Shown here: one piece after another, positions 48,899 through 57,603 of the stretch
Numbering within the stretch: position 1 is the first letter of the stretch
Layout: each line of letters opens with the position of its first letter
Assembly: GCA_040386275.1 (NCBI GenBank)
Contig: JAZKFU010000003.1
Span: 112,554-172,382 of the forward strand
Direction of reading: 5' to 3'
Length of the DNA: 59,829 nt
From: Patescibacteria group bacterium
GTDB lineage: Bacteria > Patescibacteriota > Minisyncoccia > Phycocordibacterales > UBA918
Notes under the pieces: generated by a model
Told to the model about the DNA's origin: nothing
Database searches by the model: none
Seen by the model: only the letters and a program-made list of their open reading frames with translations
Position numbers and translations under genes: made by a program

Positions 48899-49809
48899 GA
48901 TATTTCCCTGGCTATAAGACGTAACAATGAGGATCGTACTTCTTCTATTCTACCATAATCATCGGCATATGTAAAGGTCCCCCGGCTGTCTGAGGATTTA
49001 TATGGCTCTAACCCCTCTTGCCCGACTGCAGAGACCCCAAAATCAATAATATATCCCAAAATAGGGGTAGGGGTGGGAGATTGAGTAAACATTAAATTCC
49101 CCAGATGTAAGTCTCGATGATACAAACCTTTTGCGTGGCAATAGTCCAAGGACTTTTTTATATCAGCACAAAAAGTATTTACAGTCTCTTCAGTAACCCA
49201 AGCTGGCATACTCCCAAACCCACGCAGTAAATCATCAACACTTCTTGCCTTTAGTCGTTCCATGGCTATCATTTTATGTGACGTAAATTCACAGTAATAA
49301 TATGGTTCAGGAACTTTTACCGAAGAATCAAAATTTTTTAAAGCTTTATAAAAATCAACATGTAGATCTAGCTCCTGCTCTAATGAGTTACGCCCGAGGT
49401 TTTTACCAATCTGTTTTGCAAATTTATAACACAGCGCAGTAGTACCATTCGTTAATTCCGACTCTGCGATATATACAAACGCATCACCTCCCTCTCCAAT
49501 TGATTGCTTATTGTTAAGTATTCTATTAAATACTTTTTTAAAACCCTGGAATGAAATCTCACCTTGTTCAACCCCTTCTACATCTTCAATTTTCTTTAAT
49601 ACAAAGGTTCTGCGTTCCCGTTCTTCAATTTTTGAATTTACAAAGTGCAACGCCTCAATAGCAGTAGCAGCTTCATTAATTATTTCAACGTTTTTGGGAA
49701 TAGTTACTAAAAAACTATATTCCGGGTTAGATAATATTTCATCTAATTTTTCTTCAGCCTGCCTTTCTGTCATTTTATTAGAAGCAGGTTTGAACGTCTC
49801 AGGATTCAT
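48895..49809 (-). CDS. protein kinase-like (Hanks/RIO-like) protein
   Basis: IGEGGDAFVY (Gly loop), CYK, IAMERL, HRDLHLGN, IIDFG. Confidence 0.85.
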   Translation of the reverse strand: MNPETFKPASNKMTERQAEEKLDEILSNPEYSFLVTIPKNVEIINEAATAIEALHFVNSKIEERERRTFVLKKIEDVEGVEQGEISFQGFKKVFNRILNNKQSIGEGGDAFVYIAESELTNGTTALCYKFAKQIGKNLGRNSLEQELDLHVDFYKALKNFDSSVKVPEPYYYCEFTSHKMIAMERLKARSVDDLLRGFGSMPAWVTEETVNTFCADIKKSLDYCHAKGLYHRDLHLGNLMFTQSPTPTPILGYIIDFGVSAVGQEGLEPYKSSDSRGTFTYADDYGRIEEVRSSLLRLIAREIS

Positions 49810-49979
49810 GGAGTAAAATTACTAATGGTAAAAGTATATCTATTGTACCATCTTAAAATAAAATGATTTACGAAGATAATGTCTCCTACTTTAATAAGCA
49901 GTGGCAATTCAGCGAAAATTAGTATATATTGCTAAGCACTTTTGCATCCTTTAAAATTCAAAAGTACAATTACAACGTT

Positions 49980-50052
49980 GCGAGATTAGCTCAGCTGGTA
50001 GAGCGCCCGCATGACATGCGGTAGGTCACAGGTTCGAGCCCTGTATTTCGCA
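49980..50052 (+). tRNA. tRNA-Val(GAC)
   Basis: GCGAGAT TA GCTC AGCTGGTA GAGC G CCCGC ATGACAT GCGGT AGGTC ACAGG TTCGAGC CCTGT ATTTCGC A. Confidence 0.93.
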
Positions 50053-50244
50053 CAAAATTAAAACGCCCCTAAAGGGCGTTTTAATTTTGTGCGAAATAAG
50101 TATTGTGCCTGCGCACAATACGTCGGGGCTCGAAAAGCGGAGCGATGTTTTGGCTATTCCTAATGCCAAAACCGCGAGCTGTGTCCCGCGGCACTTATGA
50201 GCGTCAGCGAATTTGTGACCGTCAGGACAAGTCCTGTACTCTAC
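50053..50244 (+). repeat. tRNA-Val trailer element (25-bp-arm palindrome, 25-nt hairpin, inverted T-arm copy, variant module A)
   Basis: Arms 50044-50068/50074-50098; hairpin 50099-50123; CGGGGCTCGAA 50124-50134. Confidence 0.85.
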
Positions 50245-51119
50245 CCCACTACCTTCTCTACCGCCTTAATCACTCCCTCCTTACTCCCAGCCACAAAAAT
50301 AAATCCAGCTTTGTGACAAAATACAGCATCACTAATTCCTGAAATTTCGGCGAGTTCACCGTTAGTTAAACCTAACCATTCTTTTGGAAAGTTAACTCGC
50401 CCTTCAAAAGCTGCTTTTCCCGTAGTTACGGTTTTGGCTATCCAGTTATTATTTGATAATGGGTCATCAGGTTGCACCACTAGTAATACTTCTGGGTAAT
50501 CAGTACATACATTTGTCGAAACACCAATATCAAAAACGAGCACTCTTTTATCAGAAGTATTATTATAGACCTCGCGAACAAGCTCTTTCATTTTTTGTTC
50601 AGCTTGCTTTTTTACTATTATTCTCTTCAATAGTGCTCGAGCAAATTCTACCGCTTCACTAAAAGCTACATCATTATGTTTATTACTACCCCACTCAGGC
50701 AAAAATGATCGGGTGATTTGGTACAGTTCAAAGGGAGGAATATCCGGATTTTTAAGATCATAGAGCGATACTCCTTGATCGCCAGCATCAACCGCGAGAA
50801 CCATACTGCGTTCAATGTCATCAGCATTTTCTTTACTCCCGGCCACAGACTCCCCATACTCTTTCCAAACCAATCCAAACGCGGCGTACGGAATGCCGTT
50901 ATCACGAACCGGCCCACCAATTTGATGATGATCAAAACGCTTGGTCGCTACATCATAGACTCCGCCCACATCCACTACGATATCAGCGGACGCCAATAGC
51001 GACTCATCACGAGTGCGAATTATTTCGACATTCTCAACTCCATGCACCAGCTGCAGGGTTGCTACCGCAAACACATCATCCGTATGAAATCCCCCACTAT
51101 GAGTAGCTATTTTTATCAT
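50241..51119 (-). CDS. MYG1 family 3'-5' exonuclease (DHH-like)
   Basis: ATHSGGFHTDDVFA, VVDVGG.YD..TKRFDHHQ, AVFCHKAGFI. Confidence 0.92.
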   Translation of the reverse strand: MIKIATHSGGFHTDDVFAVATLQLVHGVENVEIIRTRDESLLASADIVVDVGGVYDVATKRFDHHQIGGPVRDNGIPYAAFGLVWKEYGESVAGSKENADDIERSMVLAVDAGDQGVSLYDLKNPDIPPFELYQITRSFLPEWGSNKHNDVAFSEAVEFARALLKRIIVKKQAEQKMKELVREVYNNTSDKRVLVFDIGVSTNVCTDYPEVLLVVQPDDPLSNNNWIAKTVTTGKAAFEGRVNFPKEWLGLTNGELAEISGISDAVFCHKAGFIFVAGSKEGVIKAVEKVVG

Positions 51120-51189
51120 GCAAATTATTATATGTCATTTTAGTAAAAAACTCGCATCCTTGCATATTATTTAGTATAGTGACCGATAC

Positions 51190-51323
51190 GAGATCTAGCG
51201 GAATAGGTAGACGCGCGAATAAGGGTTAACAGTAGTATTGCGTCTGAGTAACCCCGAAAAACCCGGGTAACCAGCCCCAGCTCATAAGCGCAATAGTGTA
51301 GGGTGCAAATCCCTACCATCTCA
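51190..51323 (+). ncRNA. tRNA-like structured RNA (acceptor-like stem, Leu-type D loop, TGCAAAT T loop, expanded central domain with CTCATAA)
   Basis: GAGAT/ATCTC ends; GCGGAATAGGTAGACGC; TATTGCG/CGCAATA helix; GTAGGG-TGCAAAT-CCCTAC; ends 7 nt before the tsaD ATG. Confidence 0.6.
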
Positions 51324-51330
51324 TAAAATT

Positions 51331-52503
51331 ATGCGAATACTCTCAATCGAAACGTCATGTGACGAAACAGCCATTAGCCTCATTGAGGCACTAGGCGATT
51401 TTCCTACGGCTACCTACGAAATCCTGGGAAACGCCCTGCATTCGCAGATTGATATTCACGCCGAATTTGGTGGTGTGTTCCCGCAAGTCGCTAAACGTGA
51501 ACATGCACTTGCACTCGTGCCGATGTTAATCAAAGCTTTAACCGAAGCAGAATTATTAACGGAAACTCCAACCGCTCTTGGCGACGACCTGACAGAGAAG
51601 ATTACGACGTTACTCTCACGGGAAGACGGACTCGCTCCGTTTTTATTAGAGTTTTTTAGTAAATACTCTTTACCAGAAATTGACTTAATTGCCGTTACCT
51701 CTGGTCCGGGACTGGAGCCTGCACTATGGGTTGGAATTAGTTTTGCTAAAGCTCTTAATGCGGTCCTTGGTTGTCCCGTAGTGCCCGTCAATCATATGGA
51801 GGGACATGTGCTTGCTTCTCTCTATGATGTGGAAATAGATAACGCCATTGCACCGATATCGTTCCCCGCTATTGCGTTGCTTATTTCTGGCGGACATACG
51901 GAACTTGTATTGATGAAAGATTGGGGCAACTATGAAAAAATTGGTGAGACACGAGATGATGCCGTGGGCGAAGCGTTTGATAAAGTAGCACGTATGATGA
52001 AATTACCGTACCCAGGAGGACCAGAAATTGGTCGCCGAGCTGAGATTGCGCGCAAAGCAAATGTAGCGCCCTACAAGGAGGTCTTGCCTCGTCCGATGAT
52101 ACACAGTGATGATTTTGATTTTTCTTTTTCTGGACTTAAGACGGCCGTGCGATATGCTATTGATGATACAGAATTAACTGACGAACAAAAAAATGCTTTG
52201 GCGCGCGATTTTGAAGATGCCGCTATTGAAGTCTTATTAAAGAAAACGAAAAAAGCGATTGACCACTATAATGCAAAGACGCTTATTATTGGCGGTGGCG
52301 TGAGTGCGAATAATTACTTACGTCAGACCTTTACCGAATCACTTTTGGCGTCACATCCAGATGTAGAGATTTATCTGCCCCACCGTAACCTCTCTACCGA
52401 CAACAGCGTCATGATTGCCTTGGCCGGCCACGCCCAACTCACCACCTCCCGCTCCGCTGGCGCCGTAGCCTACATTACCGCCTCCGGTAACCGCTCGTTG
52501 TAA
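51331..52503 (+). CDS. tsaD: tRNA N6-threonylcarbamoyladenosine biosynthesis protein TsaD
   Basis: ILSIETSCDET, GGVFPQVAKREH, VNHMEGH, ISGGHTEL, DDAVGEAFDK, FSFSGLKT, TDNSVMIA. Confidence 0.96.
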   Translation: MRILSIETSCDETAISLIEALGDFPTATYEILGNALHSQIDIHAEFGGVFPQVAKREHALALVPMLIKALTEAELLTETPTALGDDLTEKITTLLSREDGLAPFLLEFFSKYSLPEIDLIAVTSGPGLEPALWVGISFAKALNAVLGCPVVPVNHMEGHVLASLYDVEIDNAIAPISFPAIALLISGGHTELVLMKDWGNYEKIGETRDDAVGEAFDKVARMMKLPYPGGPEIGRRAEIARKANVAPYKEVLPRPMIHSDDFDFSFSGLKTAVRYAIDDTELTDEQKNALARDFEDAAIEVLLKKTKKAIDHYNAKTLIIGGGVSANNYLRQTFTESLLASHPDVEIYLPHRNLSTDNSVMIALAGHAQLTTSRSAGAVAYITASGNRSL

Positions 52504-52617
52504 AATTACACCACACTTTTTCCAAGGAGGAGGCAAGGGCTCCTCCTTTTAAGTACGAGGTTAAACCTCGTACTTTTTCTTTTCGAGCCTTGTTTTTCAT
52601 GATACTCTAGCAATACT

Positions 52618-54786
52618 ATGAGCGAGCAAAATAATTCGGTAACTACCAGCACCCCTGAGATATTCCTTAAACCCTATAACCCTATAGAGCACGAGGCATC
52701 AATTTATAAAATGTGGGAGGAATCAGGGTATTTTAATCCTGATAATTTACCGGGAGAACGAACCGAGCCGTTCTCTATTGTAATGCCACCACCTAACGCC
52801 AACGGGTCGCTTCATGCGGGACACGCGTTATTTGTGACAGTACAAGATATTATGATGCGCTTTAAACGGATGCAGGGATATAAGGCACTGTGGTTACCGG
52901 GCGCCGACCATGCTGGATTTGAGACACAAGTAGTATATGAAAAGAAACTTGAGAAAGAAGGCCGGTCACGATTTGGCATGGATCCAAAAGAACTCTACGG
53001 AGAGATCATGGATTTTACCCTCACCAATAAATCGTTTATGGAAAATCAAATCCGTGAACTCGGTGCGTCATGTGATTGGTCTCGTTCCCTCTTTACCTTA
53101 GACGAACGGGTGATTAAAACCGTAAACCAAACATTTAAACAACTTGAAACTGATAACTTATTGTATCGTGGAGCCCGTATTGTTAACTGGTGTTCCAAGC
53201 ACCAGACTTCCCTCTCAAATCTTGAGACTGAACACATTGAACGTAAAGATAAATTTTACTACTTCCAATACGGACCGTTTGTGATTGGTACCGCCAGGCC
53301 GGAAACTAAATTTGGTGATAAATACGTGGTCATGCATCCAAACGACACCCGCTATGCTGAATTTACGCACGGCCAACAAATTGAAGTTGAATGGATTAAC
53401 GGACCAATTACGGCGACCGTGATTAAAGACGAAGCCAGTGATCCAGAAATGGGATCGGGAGTGATGACGATTACGCCGTGGCACTCGGGAGTAGACTTTG
53501 AAATTGCAAAACGTCACAACCTCGACTATGAGCAAATCATTAACTGGCAAGGAAAGCTCCTTCCGATTGCGCAAGAATTTGCCGGACTCTCAATCAAAGA
53601 TGCCCGGGAAAAGATTGTCGAGAAACTGCAGAGTAAGGGGTTGGTTGTAAAAATTGATGAAGAGTACATTCACTCAGTACCCTGCTGTTATAAATGTGAC
53701 CGCGAGATTGAACCACAAATTCGCGAACAGTGGTTTGTTAAAACAAAACCACTCGCTGAAAAGGCGCTGGCGGCAGTTGATAGTCAAGAACTTACGTTTA
53801 CTACTGATCGTGATGAACGGGTATTTCGTGACTGGATGGAAAAAATTGAGGATTGGAATATTTCTCGCCAAGTGGTATGGGGAATTCCGATTCCGGCAAA
53901 AGTCTGTACCGAGTGCGGTCACGGTATGGTTGATTTAGAAAATACGATTACGACCTGTACCAAGTGCAACGGCGCTGTGGTGCACGACCCCGATACGTTT
54001 GATACCTGGTTTAGTAGTGGACAGTGGCCACTCGCGACTACCGATTACCCTAATGGTAATGATTTCAAAACCTACTACCCCACGAGTGTTATGGAAACTG
54101 GGAAAGACATCATCTTTTTCTGGGTAGCCCGGATGGTAATGCTAGGAATTTATCGTACTGGAAAGACTCCGTTTAAAACAGTGTACCTCCACGGGATGGT
54201 GCGTGATAAACACGGCAAAAAAATGAGTAAGAGTAAGGGGAACGTGATTGCACCCAGTGAGATTCAAGAAAAATATGGTACTGACGCGTTGCGTATGGGA
54301 CTGATGGTAAACAATGCTCCGGGTACTGACATGAATCTTGATCCTGATAAAGTAAATGCCTATAAAAAGTTTGCGAACAAACTGTGGAATATCACGCGCT
54401 TTGTTTTGGATAACACCCACGACTATGTACCAGGTGTACCGCATACCGAATCAGATACACAATTTGAAAAAGAATTTTTGTATCCAGCGATTGTTGAAAT
54501 CACTGCCAATATGGAAAATAATCGTTTTGATTTAGCGTCAGAAAAAATTTACCATTTCATTTGGGATCATTTCGCCAGCCAAGTCATCGAAGAATCTAAA
54601 CCCCTCCTTGAACAAGGTGGTGCTATACGTGCCTCACGACAACGCCTGCTCGCACACTATTTAGTTACCTCAGTAAAACTACTGCATCCCTACATGCCCT
54701 TTGTGACCGAAACAATCTGGCAAGAACTACCTAAAGAAATCAAAGATGCGGACATGCTTATCGTAGCTCCGTGGCCCACAGTCTAA
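52618..54786 (+). CDS. valS: valine--tRNA ligase (no C-terminal coiled coil)
   Basis: PPPNANGSLHAGH, PGADHAG, WNISRQVVWG, KMSKSKGN. Confidence 0.95.
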   Translation: MSEQNNSVTTSTPEIFLKPYNPIEHEASIYKMWEESGYFNPDNLPGERTEPFSIVMPPPNANGSLHAGHALFVTVQDIMMRFKRMQGYKALWLPGADHAGFETQVVYEKKLEKEGRSRFGMDPKELYGEIMDFTLTNKSFMENQIRELGASCDWSRSLFTLDERVIKTVNQTFKQLETDNLLYRGARIVNWCSKHQTSLSNLETEHIERKDKFYYFQYGPFVIGTARPETKFGDKYVVMHPNDTRYAEFTHGQQIEVEWINGPITATVIKDEASDPEMGSGVMTITPWHSGVDFEIAKRHNLDYEQIINWQGKLLPIAQEFAGLSIKDAREKIVEKLQSKGLVVKIDEEYIHSVPCCYKCDREIEPQIREQWFVKTKPLAEKALAAVDSQELTFTTDRDERVFRDWMEKIEDWNISRQVVWGIPIPAKVCTECGHGMVDLENTITTCTKCNGAVVHDPDTFDTWFSSGQWPLATTDYPNGNDFKTYYPTSVMETGKDIIFFWVARMVMLGIYRTGKTPFKTVYLHGMVRDKHGKKMSKSKGNVIAPSEIQEKYGTDALRMGLMVNNAPGTDMNLDPDKVNAYKKFANKLWNITRFVLDNTHDYVPGVPHTESDTQFEKEFLYPAIVEITANMENNRFDLASEKIYHFIWDHFASQVIEESKPLLEQGGAIRASRQRLLAHYLVTSVKLLHPYMPFVTETIWQELPKEIKDADMLIVAPWPTV

Positions 54787-54857
54787 CCATTCCCTCTCCC
54801 CAAAGAAACAATATCCTTAAGTAAGCCAGATTGTTTTGCTGTTACAATAGAATCAAT

Positions 54858-54962
54858 CAGAAATGAGTGAAGTTCGCGGCGGACGAGTAATGTAGTCCGA
54901 GCCGTACTTTTTGTACGGTGAGGAATACATTGCGAAGGACAACAAAGAAATTCGCCATTTGT
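54858..54962 (+). repeat. family-C palindromic repeat, copy 5
   Basis: CAGAAATGAGTGAAGTTC...GAGCCGTACTTTTTGTACGGTGAG...AGAAATTCGCCATTT. Confidence 0.8.
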
Positions 54963-54973
54963 ATTTGATTCTT

Positions 54974-55663
54974 ATGGAAAGTATTAATTTTTCTATCGCC
55001 TTCCTCTGCGGTCTCATCCCCGCCCTTTTTTGGTTGTGGTTTTGGCTTCGAGAAGATAAAGCCAAGCCTGAACCTTTATTGTTGATTGCCATTACCTTTA
55101 TTGCTGGCATGGCTGTGGTACCCCTTGCATTACCTCTGCAAAAACTTGCTATTGATATGTACCACGGGACTGAACTGGTGTTGGTCTGGGTCGTCATTGA
55201 AGAAGTGCTTAAATACGCCGTGGCGTTAGCGATTATTCTTTGGAATCGCGCCGTTGATGAACCAATTGATATGGTTATATACATGGTGACGCTCGCTTTA
55301 GGGTTTGCGGCGTTAGAAAATGCGCTGTTTGTACTTAATCCACTTGCTGTGGGTGACTATCTCAACTCGGCCTTAACGGGTTCATTTAGGTTTTTAGGCG
55401 CTACACTCTTGCATGTTCTTGCTTCAGGAACTGTGGGCGTATTCCTCGCCTTTACCTTTTATAAAAGCACGGCGGTTAAATTAATGTCTGGATGCCTTGG
55501 GTTATGCCTGGCTATCGTGTTGCATGCTCTCTTTAACTTTTTTATAATGAATGCAAGTGGAGAAACCATCCTCGTGGTATTTCTCTTCGTCTGGTTCGGA
55601 ATTATTATCTTGTTTTTGCTTTTTGAAAAAATTAAACTGATTCAAAAACGCTTGACCTATTAA
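54974..55663 (+). CDS. PrsW family intramembrane metalloprotease
   Basis: REDK..PEP, VIEEVLK, FDEP-like VDEPID, LGFAALEN, HALFN. Confidence 0.9.
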   Translation: MESINFSIAFLCGLIPALFWLWFWLREDKAKPEPLLLIAITFIAGMAVVPLALPLQKLAIDMYHGTELVLVWVVIEEVLKYAVALAIILWNRAVDEPIDMVIYMVTLALGFAALENALFVLNPLAVGDYLNSALTGSFRFLGATLLHVLASGTVGVFLAFTFYKSTAVKLMSGCLGLCLAIVLHALFNFFIMNASGETILVVFLFVWFGIIILFLLFEKIKLIQKRLTY

Positions 55664-55671
55664 CACACATT

Positions 55672-56187
55672 ATGAAAAAACCCTCTTTCTTAGAACGTCT
55701 CACCGGTGCGCAAAACGCAAGCGAATATGATCGTATACTTGATGACGAACATGAATTTGGATCAGATGACCGCAAACAAGAAACCTACCACGACGACGAT
55801 ACTGAATCCTGGCAAGATGATGCACACGACGCGGGCACTCCTCAAGAGGGAGAGCTCCCCGTTGATATGTACCAAACCAGTGACGCTATTGTTATTCGCG
55901 CGTTAGTAGCGGGAGTAAGCCCTAACGACCTAGATATCGCAATTACTCGCGATATGGTAACTATCCGTGGTATGCGTGAAGAATACCAAGAATCTTCAGA
56001 TGATAGTTACTTCCACCGCGAATTATTCTGGGGTTCGTTCTCTCGCACGCTCCTTCTCCCTGAAGAAGTCATCATTGACGAAGCCGATGCCCAGGAGAAA
56101 CACGGCATGTTGGAAATTCGTTTGCCTAAACTTGATAAGAATCGCAGTACGCAGCTGCGAGTAAAATCACAAGTCCATAAGGCGTAA
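55672..56187 (+). CDS. Hsp20/alpha-crystallin small heat shock protein
   Basis: LPVDMYQT, TIRGMR, ELFWGSFSRTLLLP, GMLEIRLPK. Confidence 0.92.
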   Translation: MKKPSFLERLTGAQNASEYDRILDDEHEFGSDDRKQETYHDDDTESWQDDAHDAGTPQEGELPVDMYQTSDAIVIRALVAGVSPNDLDIAITRDMVTIRGMREEYQESSDDSYFHRELFWGSFSRTLLLPEEVIIDEADAQEKHGMLEIRLPKLDKNRSTQLRVKSQVHKA

Positions 56188-56263
56188 AGAATATTCAATA
56201 GAGAAAAGTGAATAGTAAAAGATAAAGGCGGTTCCAATTGGAACCGCCTTTTGATTGTGTTCA

Positions 56264-56620
56264 TCACCAAATCCTGTCGGACGGTAGAAGAGCCATATAG
56301 TTTGCAGGAACAGTGATTAACAACTGCCGCTTCTCACCCAAGAACTCTTCAGCGTACGTAATGGTGAGAATGTTATGAGAGGCTACGCACGAGCGGTAGT
56401 GATATCCTGTCTCACGAACCCAACGTCGCACACAGTCTTGTACAACAGCAAACTCTTCTAGCCGTTCGAGGGCTTCGGTGATAAGCGTCCCGAGTTCGCT
56501 GGTTTTGCCAGCATCGGGCGAGCTTTCTTTTTCTGACCCTGACGACCGAGCACCATGCACAAATTCGCATGTTTGCTCATTATTGAAAGAACGAGTACCA
56601 TCCATTGATTCCTCCTTCAT
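56264..56620 (-). CDS. hypothetical protein
   Basis: Strong SD (AAGGAGG) and downstream hairpin 56222-56252. Confidence 0.55.
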   Translation of the reverse strand: MKEESMDGTRSFNNEQTCEFVHGARSSGSEKESSPDAGKTSELGTLITEALERLEEFAVVQDCVRRWVRETGYHYRSCVASHNILTITYAEEFLGEKRQLLITVPANYMALLPSDRIW

Positions 56621-56849
56621 TGTGAATTATAACTCCTACTGATCTTTCCTAAAGCAGAAATCCGCCTCAGGAGGCGGATTTCAAGTAGACAGTAAAGTAT
56701 CACTATCTTAAAATCCCCCGCCTAGTGCGGATGAGATTGAAAGCGAGCAGAAGCTACTCCAGGTCGTGATGGTTGCTGTGTTCATCATAGTGAGATTATT
56801 GTAGCAGGATTAAAATGTATGTCTATAACCCATATGGTATTTTTGTATT

Positions 56850-57551
56850 TTAACTTGTTGTAGTTTGAGCTGCATTTAAAGATTTTGATTGAGTCATGAC
56901 ATTAGAAATATGTTCATGGGGCGAAATTTCAACGGTTTGACAAAGGTAAGATAATTTTCCAATTGCCATGAGCAGACGTTGCTGACTGATAACAGGAGTA
57001 CCATAGGACTTTATATTTTCTACCAGCTCATGAGCATATACTACATTTTTAATCCTCTCTGTTTTAAAAACACCTGAGCCGGTAAATACTACCAAGTTAA
57101 TAAAATTTTCCTCTACAAACGGCATTAATTTTTTTAAAGTTTCAACGTGCCCATAATTTTGCCACAACGGATTTCTTAAAATAAATTTCTTTCCGGTTAA
57201 ATACCTTGCTGTCCACTTTTCATTACTTTTACTTCCAAAAATCCAACCTGAACTGTCTTTGGTTTCTATCACAAAAATACCAAATCGTGACACTACTACA
57301 TGATCTATTTCGGTTGAGGTTGAATGGGATGATGGCAATATCAAATTATTATAAATAAAATATTCATTATGATTTAAACCTTCAGCCAATATCCTCACCA
57401 CCCTTCTTTCTGAGTCGTTTAAATTTTCAGCATAGCATCTATGTCCATGACCGGAATATATAGTACGTTTTGTAAAAAAAATATTTTTATTAGCACTTTT
57501 AACAAGTAGGTAGAGGGAAAGAATGATTATTAAACTAACAACAATATTCAT
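56850..57551 (-). CDS. NERD (nuclease-related) domain protein with N-terminal TM
   Basis: TEIDHVVVSRFGIFVIETKD.SGWIFG, RNPLWQNYGHV. Confidence 0.9.
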   Translation of the reverse strand: MNIVVSLIIILSLYLLVKSANKNIFFTKRTIYSGHGHRCYAENLNDSERRVVRILAEGLNHNEYFIYNNLILPSSHSTSTEIDHVVVSRFGIFVIETKDSSGWIFGSKSNEKWTARYLTGKKFILRNPLWQNYGHVETLKKLMPFVEENFINLVVFTGSGVFKTERIKNVVYAHELVENIKSYGTPVISQQRLLMAIGKLSYLCQTVEISPHEHISNVMTQSKSLNAAQTTTS

Positions 57552-57603
57552 ATATTTAATATGATAGCAGTGGATGGAGATGATCTGGTGTATTTGTGTA
57601 CAC

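Noticed and set aside
50103-50342. 79-aa ORF, and similarly 44152-44433, 44159-44347, 57548-57745, 57657-57869 and 57806-57997
   Set aside because: They run through tRNAs or trailer elements, have no protein-like motifs, and are likely incidental.
51190-51323. tmRNA or a standard tRNA-Met call
   Set aside because: Too short for tmRNA, no G3.U70 alanine identity and no tag ORF; spacing between D arm and CAU loop is incompatible with a plain cloverleaf. Kept as tRNA-like only.
54911-54973. Extended N-terminus of PrsW given by the ORF track
   Set aside because: This stretch is family-C repeat sequence; ATG 54974 fits the family better.
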